A model generated the notes under the pieces. That model did not search any database and had not been told where the DNA came from. It worked only from the letters and a program-made list of their open reading frames with translations. This document shows positions 55,865 to 64,000 of a stretch of DNA of 64,000 nt, piece after piece. Where the stretch lies: the IMG/VR virus record IMGVR_UViG_3300033995_001164, positions 245,178 through 309,177 of that record; one strand, written 5' to 3'. Made by a program: the position numbers and the translations under genes. Position 1 is the first letter of the stretch. Every line of letters starts with the position of its first letter.

Positions 55865-57486
55865 TTACAAACAATCTTTACAATATTTCCATTCTATAAC
55901 TCTCTCACCATCCTCAAAAGTTTTACTACCATTATATGAACACCATTTGTCGTCAGCATAATAAACAACCTCATACCATTCAGAAACACCTAAATCATTT
56001 ATATGAGTTATTTTAGCCAAAACAGAATCTAATTCAGTAGGTGTTTCTTGTTTCCCAACGTGAGTAATTGTAATACCTCTTTCAAGCTCTTGTTTAGGTT
56101 CTTCTTTTGGAATGATGATTTTGTATATCCAAGTGTGATATATGGTTTTATAACTATCAATCTTAACCATCTCACAACTTGGATTTTTAACAAACCATTC
56201 TAAAAACTCATTATCAATAGCTTGTACACCATCATTGATTAATTCTTGGTCTGTTGTTAGGATGATTTTTTTGGCACCATTAAATTTTGTAAAAATTTTA
56301 TCAGTTTCTTGTTTATAAACAACATTATGTTTATCAATACACCAATCTCCATATTTAATATCTTCATCAGAAGTGATGTAGATGTGTTGTCTATTAGATA
56401 AATTATAAATATCAGAACAAAATGTTAGTTCTTCTTTTGATGTAGATTTTGATAACCTACTTGGTTTATCTGTTGGTATTACGTGTATGTTTTTCATAAC
56501 TTTATTTTCTTTTTAAATTGTTCAAACCATTTTTTCAAAGTTACAAATGTCATAATACTTTTTTCATCTTCTTTGATATATTCCATTGCATTTTGATTGA
56601 AATTTTGTAGTAATTCTAATACTTCTTCCTCACTATAACTTCTTTTTTCAAGTTCAGAAATATATCTCAATACACTGATTGGAACTTTCATATAATCTTC
56701 TTCGGCATTAGCTCTGTAATATGTTAAATCTTTAGTTTCTTCAAAATCTTCCAAATTCCATTTAGAAGTGTTAATTACAAATTCTCTTTTAACTCCAATA
56801 CCTTTTTTTAAAGATTTATTTAAGAAATCAACTTCTGTTAATTGTTGCATATCCTTAAAAGGTTTAGGTTCTTGTTTAGGTTTCACTAACTTGTTTGCAG
56901 TTTCTCTTACTTTTTGTTTAATAGATTCAGGTGTTTCATAAAGGATTCTATCTTTAGTTGATTGTTTAGGTTTACCAACTACCATATCTATTTTACCTTT
57001 AGGTATTCCTCTTAATTCCTTTTTATGTTCGCATTTATCACAACCATAGAAGGCACCACAACATTTCCATTCTTCTTTTGGAATGATGATTTTGTAATCA
57101 TATAATTCTGAAGTAAAATGTTTGTATTCTTTTTCAATTTCAACCTCCTCACAATTTGGATTCTTAACAAACCATTCTAAAAAATCATTTGGAATAGGTT
57201 GTACACCATCTTTAATAAGGTCTTGGTCTGTTGTAAGAATGATTGAAAAATAATTAGTATATACAGGAGTTCTCATTTTCATAAATTCTCTGTATTTGTA
57301 AACTTTACCTTCCCAAAAAACATAACCTTCTTCTTTAATTTCTTCATCAGAAGTGATGTAGATGTTTACATTATTTCCTAATGCTTCTTTGATAGGTTTT
57401 ATATCGTGACATCTTGTTAGATTACCTAATTTAGTCATCCAAAACCTACTTGGTTTATCTGTTGGTATTAAGTGTATGTTTTTCAT
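55865..57486 (-). CDS. two tandem mosaic paralogues (55865-56497, 56494-57486)
   Basis: Shared blocks MKNIHxIPTDKPSR, IYITSDE, IILTTDQ..DGVQ..FLEWFVKNP, YKIIIPKEE. Confidence 0.75.
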
Positions 57487-57589
57487 AACCTTATTTTTTT
57501 TACAAAGATACAATTATTTTTCACCCCACCAAACAATTAATAACTTTTTTATAATTAAAAACCCCCACCGTTAAGTGAGGGTTGTTATA

Positions 57590-58153
57590 TTAATAGAATG
57601 TTTTTAATTTCATGTATGGTTCCAAATTATATTTGTCTATAATCTGCTTGAAGATTTGTTGTCTGTTTCTTAAACCCAATATGTTTTTTTTACTAATAAA
57701 TCCATAACCGAATCCTGAATCACCACTTAACCCCACAACTTTATAATATGTTTGGTCATGAAGGTTTGTCGGATATAATCTTGCTGTAAACTTGTAAATC
57801 ATATTGTCTTTTGACCCGAATCTAAAATCCCCTAATTCTTTTTCATCACGATGTAGTGGTCGTGAATTATTGTTTAGTCCAAGTTTTTCAACCAACGCGT
57901 CATGTATATATAACGCCATTTTGTCTGTCGACATATAAACAAGTGGTGTGTGAGTATCCTCACTAAACCCCATAATATCACCATCATAAAGAACCTTTAT
58001 TAAATTATCAATCCCGCCCATTAGTTTGGATGTAACCGCCATCCCTGATTGTTTTAACATGGATTTTAGCGCATCTTTTTTTAATTCGGACTGTTCGTTA
58101 ATAACCCCGCCCATTATCTCGTGTATCCTATGTATGTTCTCTTGTAAGTTCAT
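57590..58153 (-). CDS. 'LQENIHRI' leader protein
   Basis: MNLQENIHRIHEIMGGVINE. Confidence 0.65.
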   Translation of the reverse strand: MNLQENIHRIHEIMGGVINEQSELKKDALKSMLKQSGMAVTSKLMGGIDNLIKVLYDGDIMGFSEDTHTPLVYMSTDKMALYIHDALVEKLGLNNNSRPLHRDEKELGDFRFGSKDNMIYKFTARLYPTNLHDQTYYKVVGLSGDSGFGYGFISKKNILGLRNRQQIFKQIIDKYNLEPYMKLKTFY

Positions 58154-58159
58154 ATTATC

Positions 58160-58247
58160 TTAATTTGTAATGTTCCTCCACCTAATTAAAACGGTATAAA
58201 ATCCATAGTTTGTTTCCGTTACCCTTAAATTATAATGTTCCTCTATC
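58160..58247 (-). CRISPR. single-spacer CRISPR-like unit at a gene 3' end
   Basis: 36-bp repeat 58212-58247, 29-nt spacer 58183-58211, partial repeat 58160-58182 matching the 29.7-kb repeat. Confidence 0.65.
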
Positions 58248-59515
58248 CATTCCTTTGTTAGGTCCCGAATTTGTTTCCATTCCATACCAAACATTGATTG
58301 TAAATATGACCAAATCTCATCATAACTAACATAAACCTCCCCATTTTTTTTATTGTAGTCAAAAACTACTTCATCACCTTTTCTATAATAAATAAAATTG
58401 CGATGTTTTTTAGTTTCAAATGGTATTAAATCACCATACTTATCGTTTAACCATTTCTTGGCAATGTTATTTAATTTACTTTCGTTAATAACCCCCATCA
58501 TCGATTGGATTCTATGTATATTCTCTTGTAAACCCGGTTGTTTTAAATGATTGAATTTAAACTCTATCTTCGCCCCTTTTGGGTCTTGTGGTGTCCATCT
58601 AAATCTCTTACCGATATAATCTTTTAATTCACCCCTCATTTTGATTTTGATTGCGTCTTCCACCTTGGTTGGATTAAGATTAGGGATTTCCCCCTTTAAG
58701 TAGTTCTGTGGTGTATATACCTGTGTGTTGTTTTCTCTTTTAAATACATCATACACATCTATATTAACAATGGCGTTATCATCACCCACCTCTATATTCC
58801 TTACTTTGAACTTTATGTTTGTGTTTGGAACCATTTGTTCCGGGTCTTGATTCCAATAATTGTATGTCTTGGCTGTCTTCTTTCTCTTTGTTAAATCAGG
58901 TTCGATTGTTTTTAATTTCTTTACCTTATTCTTCATTATATCATCATGACTATATCCCCGCTCCAATAGTTTCATCTCATCAGGAGTTAATGTATATACA
59001 CTATCGAATGTATCATCACCCCATCCCACAGGATTGGCATTACTTATTTGTCTACTTGTGGATGAAGAATAATTTTTTGTTACCTCATACCATTTATCAT
59101 CTTTGAATATGTAAATAGGGTACCACCCGTATGATACAACTTTATAGTATGGAGTTCCTTTTGGGTCTTCGGACCAATATCCCTCTAAATTTGAACCTCT
59201 GAATGGTAATTGAGCTATTGTGTATAGTTTCGCCTTTGGATTTGATATAACCTTCCCACTTTGTTTTCTTGGGTCAACAAAGTTTTCCTTCGTTAAGTTT
59301 GAGTAGTCCCCATCTTTTCTAAAGTTTAATACATACAACTCCAAAATATATTGCTCGAATCCTTTAGGTATTCCCATATATGGCGCAAAATTCTTGATGG
59401 CTTCTAATAAAGATGCTCTTGTTCTATTCTTTTTCTTCTCCACATCTAACAACTTGAATAATTTGGAAATTACTCTTAGTGATGGCTCATTGGATTGTTC
59501 TGCTAATCTTATCAT
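58160..59515 (-). CDS. fusion protein ending in a 29759-like domain with one repeat-spacer unit
   Basis: Internal LQENIHRIQSMMGVINES; C-terminus WIEEHYNLRVTET-NYGFYTVLI-RWRNITN*. Confidence 0.75.
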   Translation of the reverse strand: MIRLAEQSNEPSLRVISKLFKLLDVEKKKNRTRASLLEAIKNFAPYMGIPKGFEQYILELYVLNFRKDGDYSNLTKENFVDPRKQSGKVISNPKAKLYTIAQLPFRGSNLEGYWSEDPKGTPYYKVVSYGWYPIYIFKDDKWYEVTKNYSSSTSRQISNANPVGWGDDTFDSVYTLTPDEMKLLERGYSHDDIMKNKVKKLKTIEPDLTKRKKTAKTYNYWNQDPEQMVPNTNIKFKVRNIEVGDDNAIVNIDVYDVFKRENNTQVYTPQNYLKGEIPNLNPTKVEDAIKIKMRGELKDYIGKRFRWTPQDPKGAKIEFKFNHLKQPGLQENIHRIQSMMGVINESKLNNIAKKWLNDKYGDLIPFETKKHRNFIYYRKGDEVVFDYNKKNGEVYVSYDEIWSYLQSMFGMEWKQIRDLTKEWIEEHYNLRVTETNYGFYTVLIRWRNITN

Positions 59516-59777
59516 TATTGATAAATATATGGTCAATAGAAAACCTCCTCGTCGATAATAAGGTTCCGGACTTATATTGTGGGTTTATAAGTCTCAGGAC
59601 TTATATGGTTTTTATCATATAATGAGGAATATATGTCTTTTATCATATATTACACATTTTGGTAATATTATGAAGAACACTTATTATAATCTATCATATG
59701 GTCCGGGGCGTCAATCCCCTACCCCTTTTTTTGTTTATTCATTTCTTTTTTATATCTTTGCCGACAAATATAATACT

Positions 59778-60080
59778 ATGGATGACGTCTCTATTGATAA
59801 AATGATGAAACCTTATTGGGATAGTAAGTTTAATGATACATATATCGGTAGTAAGATATTAGGCGATATTCCTTGGAGTGGTCTTATGATGGATTACGGT
59901 AATGGTAATAAAGATATAGTCATTGGCCATACTGATAATGATAGATATGATTGGTATTATGATGGTGAAGTGTTTGATAATCATTTTAGTTACTTTAATG
60001 TTACTCTTTCGGAATTTAATCATTCCATGAAACGATATTTGATTAAAACATATCATCTTGAGATTGAATCCATTATTTAA
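59778..60080 (+). CDS. hypothetical protein
   Basis: Start MDDVSID after the TATCTTTG box. Confidence 0.6.
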   Translation: MDDVSIDKMMKPYWDSKFNDTYIGSKILGDIPWSGLMMDYGNGNKDIVIGHTDNDRYDWYYDGEVFDNHFSYFNVTLSEFNHSMKRYLIKTYHLEIESII

Positions 60081-60092
60081 TCTCACCCACTT

Positions 60093-60641
60093 ATGACAGA
60101 TAAACTAAAGCATAGAATCATTAACTACCTAAATAAAGAATATTCCGGGATTGTTGATTATGAAACGGATGATTGGAAAGAGCATATATTCTTTATGAAA
60201 GACGGGAAAGTTCTTAATTATTACAGTAAAATAAATGGGGTTGTTTATATCTCTTATTCTAAAATTTGGTCATTATTAGAAACCTTTTTTGGATTAAATT
60301 ATCAGGAAGTACAAGACCTAACAAAAATATGGGTGGAGGGGCATCACAGATTTAAGGTAACAACAACGGTCGAAGAAAGAGGAGAATTGATTGACTTGGT
60401 GGAGGAACATCACAGATTAAACGTAACAACAATCGTGCCGAATTGCTTTGTTCACTGGGACAAGGTGGAGGAACATCACAGATTAAACGTAACAACAACA
60501 AGACATGACCGTTATGGAAATGTTACACCGGAGGAACTTCACAAATTAAAGTCAACAACAACCTTCGGTTGTTTTATCGTTGATTTACCTTTGGTAGAAA
60601 ACCATTACAAATTAAACTACCCCGCTAACGGTGAAATATGA
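60093..60641 (+). CDS. 29759-family protein with a translated repeat-spacer tail
   Basis: Units VEEHHRLNVTTT plus 9-10 variable residues. Confidence 0.8.
   Translation: MTDKLKHRIINYLNKEYSGIVDYETDDWKEHIFFMKDGKVLNYYSKINGVVYISYSKIWSLLETFFGLNYQEVQDLTKIWVEGHHRFKVTTTVEERGELIDLVEEHHRLNVTTIVPNCFVHWDKVEEHHRLNVTTTRHDRYGNVTPEELHKLKSTTTFGCFIVDLPLVENHYKLNYPANGEI
60332..60617 (+). CRISPR. in-frame CRISPR-like array
   Basis: 36-bp repeats at 60332, 60398, 60464, 60527 and a partial at 60593; spacers 30, 30, 27 and 30 nt. Confidence 0.75.
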
Positions 60642-60725
60642 TTATTAAGTGAGTAAATCTTTGCCATTAGTACCTTTTAATGGTACTTTGAGCATAAATT
60701 TACTCTTAATGATTTCTTTGTATTT

Positions 60726-61430
60726 ATGGATATGATAAAAAACAAATTAACTATTGTAATCCCCTCTAAGAATGAGAGTGAGATTATAGACAAAACACTT
60801 ACATTAATTAATAAACAATTTGGTATTTATAAAACTCGTGTGATTATTGCTGATTGTTCTGATGATAATACCCGGGACATTATACTATCAGGTAAATACC
60901 CAAGATTAAGGATTGAAATCATTGATGGTGGACTACCGAGTGTTGCAAGGAATAACGGAGCTGAATTAGTTAAAACTCCTTATGTTTTATTCTTGGATGC
61001 TGATATCTTTTTAATGTCCCCATTCATAATATCTAACACATTTAACACCATTAAAAGTAAAGACCTATATCTTCTTACCACTAAGTTTAGAGTTGAAGGA
61101 GTTTATTCATTTGTCTTCCCGGTGTTTGAGTTCTTTAGGGATTTAACAATTAAGACATCCCCTTGCGCTATTGGTGGATTTATGTTATTTAAAATGTCTG
61201 AATTTAATCTTCTTGGTGGTTTTAATAATGATGATAAGTTTGCTGAAGATTTTCATCTTAGTATGAAAGTTAATCCCCTCCGGTTTGGCGTGTCTAATGA
61301 GAAAGTATATACAACCGATAGACGATTTAAAAAGAAAGGATTATGGTATATGATTAAAATGGCGTATCTCTCTAATAAAAATAAACATAACCCCGACTTC
61401 TTTAAAGATGACCACAACTATTGGATATAA
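60726..61430 (+). CDS. family 2 glycosyltransferase
   Basis: IVIPSKNE, SDDNT, ARNNGA, LFLDAD, AEDF. Confidence 0.9.
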   Translation: MDMIKNKLTIVIPSKNESEIIDKTLTLINKQFGIYKTRVIIADCSDDNTRDIILSGKYPRLRIEIIDGGLPSVARNNGAELVKTPYVLFLDADIFLMSPFIISNTFNTIKSKDLYLLTTKFRVEGVYSFVFPVFEFFRDLTIKTSPCAIGGFMLFKMSEFNLLGGFNNDDKFAEDFHLSMKVNPLRFGVSNEKVYTTDRRFKKKGLWYMIKMAYLSNKNKHNPDFFKDDHNYWI

Positions 61431-62127
61431 ATGCGTTGTACTATCCGACTTACATTTAGGTATGGTCGATAGTAAACCTAAAAAGATTCTTGAGTTCCTT
61501 GAGTCTATTGAAACTGACCTTCTTATCCTTAACGGAGATATTGTTGATATTGATGCCATTAATCGTGGGAGTAAATGGAAGAATAAACATATGAAGGTAA
61601 TCATTAAACTATTGGATATGTCCCGCAATACCGAGATTATCTATATTAGAGGGAACCACGATAATGATGTAAAAGACCTATATTCTTCCGGACTTGGGAA
61701 CATTAAGTTTATGGATGAATATATCTATAGTGTTGAAGATAAAAAGTATCTTGTCTTTCACGGTGATAAAATTGATATCACAACCAAATATAAATTTCTT
61801 ACACAGATTGGTTCCATTGGATATGACTTCGCTCTTCGTCTTAATACTTGGTACAACAAGTATAGAGAACTCACCGGAAAACCATACTATAGTATCTCTA
61901 AAGTAATTAAAGAAAACTTTAAGAAAGCTCTGTCATTTATAAATGACTTTGAGATTAATGCCTGTGATTATGCAAGTACTCTTAATTGTGATGGTGTCAT
62001 CTGTGGTCATATTCATATCCCGGGCATTAAAGAAATAAACGGAATCAAATATTATAACTCCGGTGATTGGGTTGAGAACTTCTCCGCTCTTGTTCTTACT
62101 AAGGACAATGAATGGAAATTAATCTAA
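61408..62127 (+). CDS. LpxH-like (UDP-2,3-diacylglucosamine hydrolase family) metallophosphoesterase
   Basis: SDLHLG, NGDIVD, GNHD, FHGD, CGHIH, NSGDWVE. Confidence 0.85.
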   Translation: MTTTIGYKCVVLSDLHLGMVDSKPKKILEFLESIETDLLILNGDIVDIDAINRGSKWKNKHMKVIIKLLDMSRNTEIIYIRGNHDNDVKDLYSSGLGNIKFMDEYIYSVEDKKYLVFHGDKIDITTKYKFLTQIGSIGYDFALRLNTWYNKYRELTGKPYYSISKVIKENFKKALSFINDFEINACDYASTLNCDGVICGHIHIPGIKEINGIKYYNSGDWVENFSALVLTKDNEWKLI

Positions 62128-62171
62128 TAGTATTTCTTTGTATTATAAATTATTCTTTATATCTTTGCCTC

Positions 62172-62696
62172 ATGGAAATAGATTTATCAAAATATAGTAT
62201 TGGGGAACTTATTGAATTACAGGACAAGATTGATAATACAATACATAACTACAAGGATGGTTATTTGTATATCTGTAATGTTCGTTCATATGGTCACAAT
62301 TGGAGAGACAATTGTATTCATAACATTCATACTCTTCAGCGACTTTGTCATAAGTATGGTGGTGAGGATGGTATTGTTGATGTCTATTCTAATAACCCCG
62401 ACCTTTCTATGATTGAGAACTATGGTGACCTTATGTATATCGTCTCCGAGTCCGACTATACTAAGTGGAAAGATTATGAATATCTTAAAGGTTTTATCCC
62501 CACCATTTCTAAACGATTGGATGAATGGGAGAATAGAGATAATATTCCTTTTCACTCTCGACCATCGTTTGCTCCGATGTATAGTAGAGAAGAGTTAAAT
62601 AATATGGTGGAAAAACTTGCTCACTATGATATGTCTTTTGTTGCTCCCACCCCTTATAAACCGAATGAAAATTTAGACACAGATGATTACAGATAA
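62172..62696 (+). CDS. hypothetical protein
   Basis: Start MEIDLS after the TATCTTTG box. Confidence 0.6.
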   Translation: MEIDLSKYSIGELIELQDKIDNTIHNYKDGYLYICNVRSYGHNWRDNCIHNIHTLQRLCHKYGGEDGIVDVYSNNPDLSMIENYGDLMYIVSESDYTKWKDYEYLKGFIPTISKRLDEWENRDNIPFHSRPSFAPMYSREELNNMVEKLAHYDMSFVAPTPYKPNENLDTDDYR

Positions 62697-63207
62697 ATTT
62701 AAAAGAACAATTTTTGATAAATTAACCGATGACCTATCTCATGTGGAATTGATTTTCTACAATGACTCCCTTTGGTTTATTAACCGAGAAAAGAAGTATT
62801 GGTATTTGGAATTAGAAAAATCAGGTAAATTATATTGGAGATGGCAATTCTTTACTAATTTTTTCTCTCCATTCACAATGGAACGAAATGAATATGAACC
62901 ACTTATAAAAGAATGGGTAGAGTCAGCATTAAATTGCGGGGTTACAACAACAGTAAACAAGGATTCAATCGCCGGATGGACGGTAGAGTCAGCATTAAAT
63001 TGCGGGGTCACAACAACTCAAATAGGCACCATCAAAAAACTGAAATGGGTAGAGTCAGCATTAAATTGTGGGGTGACAACAACGTTGTTGATGAAATTCC
63101 ACCAAAAACTATTGGTAGAGTCAGCATTAAATTGTGGGGTGACAACAACAGTACCATCTAAGTTATCCGTTGCAATAAAGGTGGAGTCAGTATTAAATGG
63201 ATTATAA
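62683..63207 (+). CDS. protein with a translated repeat-spacer tail
   Basis: Four units of VESALNCGVTTT plus 10 variable residues. Confidence 0.85.
   Translation: MITDKFKRTIFDKLTDDLSHVELIFYNDSLWFINREKKYWYLELEKSGKLYWRWQFFTNFFSPFTMERNEYEPLIKEWVESALNCGVTTTVNKDSIAGWTVESALNCGVTTTQIGTIKKLKWVESALNCGVTTTLLMKFHQKLLVESALNCGVTTTVPSKLSVAIKVESVLNGL
62916..63200 (+). CRISPR. in-frame CRISPR-like array
   Basis: GGTAGAGTCAGCATTAAATTGYGGGGTBACAACAAC at 62916, 62982, 63048, 63114 and a partial at 63180; four unique 30-nt spacers. Confidence 0.85.
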
Positions 63208-63272
63208 TCTCTTATTTATCCCGAGGAGTTATATCCCCACCCCTTATAAACCGAATGAAAATTTAGATACAG

Positions 63273-63734
63273 ATGATTACAGATAAATTTAAAAGAACAA
63301 TTTTTGATAAATTGAGTGAAGATTTATCCCATGTTGAGATAATATCATACCGTGATTCCTTTTGGTTTATTAACCGAGAGAAAAAATATTGGTATTTGGA
63401 ATTTAAATCTTCAGGCGAACTATATTGGAGATGGCAATTCTTTATTGAATTTTTTGAATTATTCACGATGGAGAGAAACCAATTCGAGCCAATCATATTA
63501 GAATGGGTAGAGAAAGTATTAAACCATGAGTTAATAACAACTGAAATCAATATTGGTAATCATGTAGGTATCGAAGAAGTCCTAAATGGCGGAGTGAAAA
63601 CATCGTATAGAGCAAATAAAGACGGATTTTTGGTGAGTTATATATTAAAGAAAGGTGTCACGGCAACCATTAGTAATCATATACGTGGTCTCAAATGTGT
63701 GGAGGAAATATTAAATAATGGAACAACAATATGA
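63273..63734 (+). CDS. paralogue of 62683 with decayed 21-22-aa repeats
   Basis: Near-identical N-terminus; VEKVLNHELITT, IEEVLNGGVKTS, VSYILKKGVTAT, VEEILNNG. Confidence 0.8.
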   Translation: MITDKFKRTIFDKLSEDLSHVEIISYRDSFWFINREKKYWYLEFKSSGELYWRWQFFIEFFELFTMERNQFEPIILEWVEKVLNHELITTEINIGNHVGIEEVLNGGVKTSYRANKDGFLVSYILKKGVTATISNHIRGLKCVEEILNNGTTI

Positions 63735-64000
63735 TTACAGATAAACTAAAACAATTTATTTTTAATAAATTAACCGATGACCTATCTCATGTGGAATTGA
63801 TTTCATATGAAGATTCCTTTTGGTTCATAGATAGAGAAAACAAATATTGGTATTTGGAATTTCAAAAGTCCGGCAGATTATATTGGAGATGGGGATTTTT
63901 TTCCAATTTTTTCCAATTATTTTGTATGGAAAGAGATGAATATGAACCACTTATCACCGAATGGGTGGAGTCAGTCCTAAATGGTGGGGTAACAACAACA
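63731..64000 (+). CDS. third paralogue, truncated by the window end; first repeat at 63964-63999
   Basis: MITDKLKQFIFNKL...EWVESVLNGGVTTT. Confidence 0.8.
   Translation, partial: MITDKLKQFIFNKLTDDLSHVELISYEDSFWFIDRENKYWYLEFQKSGRLYWRWGFFSNFFQLFCMERDEYEPLITEWVESVLNGGVTTT

Noticed and set aside
60332-63200. Diversity-generating retroelement as the source of the variable segments
   Set aside because: No reverse transcriptase or template/variable repeat pair in the window, and the variable parts are unrelated 30-mers rather than adenine-specific variants.
137-63550. Many short ORFs antisense to or nested in longer genes (e.g. 137-385, 9923-10228, 30632-31102, 41907-42140, 44639-45031, 62757-63011)
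   Set aside because: They are shadow frames of better-supported genes and lack motifs and promoter boxes.

Overview
AT-rich, gene-dense 64-kb segment of a large (jumbo-type) phage. The host is most likely Bacteroidota, because TAnnTTTG promoter boxes precede many genes. Recognisable genes: clpP, thyA, T4 Rnl1-type RNA ligase, metallophosphoesterases, an SPFH protein, GH19 endolysin, cyclophilin, a nucleotidyltransferase, a GT2 plus LpxH-like pair and several homing endonucleases. Many small paralogues carry an 'MKYIITE' leader behind a second promoter motif (RTATTTAT). Three main results. (1) A catalytically intact ~400-aa TnpB/Cas12-like nuclease (47275-48477, minus) with no transposase or cas1/cas2 is followed by its own promoter, a ~200-nt structured scaffold with a 10-nt anti-repeat, and a CRISPR array (36-bp repeats, 29-30-bp spacers). 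(2) Related 36-bp repeat / 27-31-bp spacer arrays are built into the 3' ends of protein-coding genes at 29.6, 58.2, 60.3 and 62.9 kb, with decayed versions at 44.5 and 63.5 kb. Where spacers are 30 nt the array is translated as 22-aa units (12 constant, 10 hypervariable residues), which suggests CRISPR-type spacer acquisition writing into proteins. (3) A P-loop kinase gene is interrupted as CCG-TAA-TA-CCA directly after a strong hairpin, a candidate ribosomal hop. A mostly non-coding region at 52.1-54.7 kb, flanked by mirror-oriented repeats, may be the origin or terminus. All calls were made by eye, without database searches.
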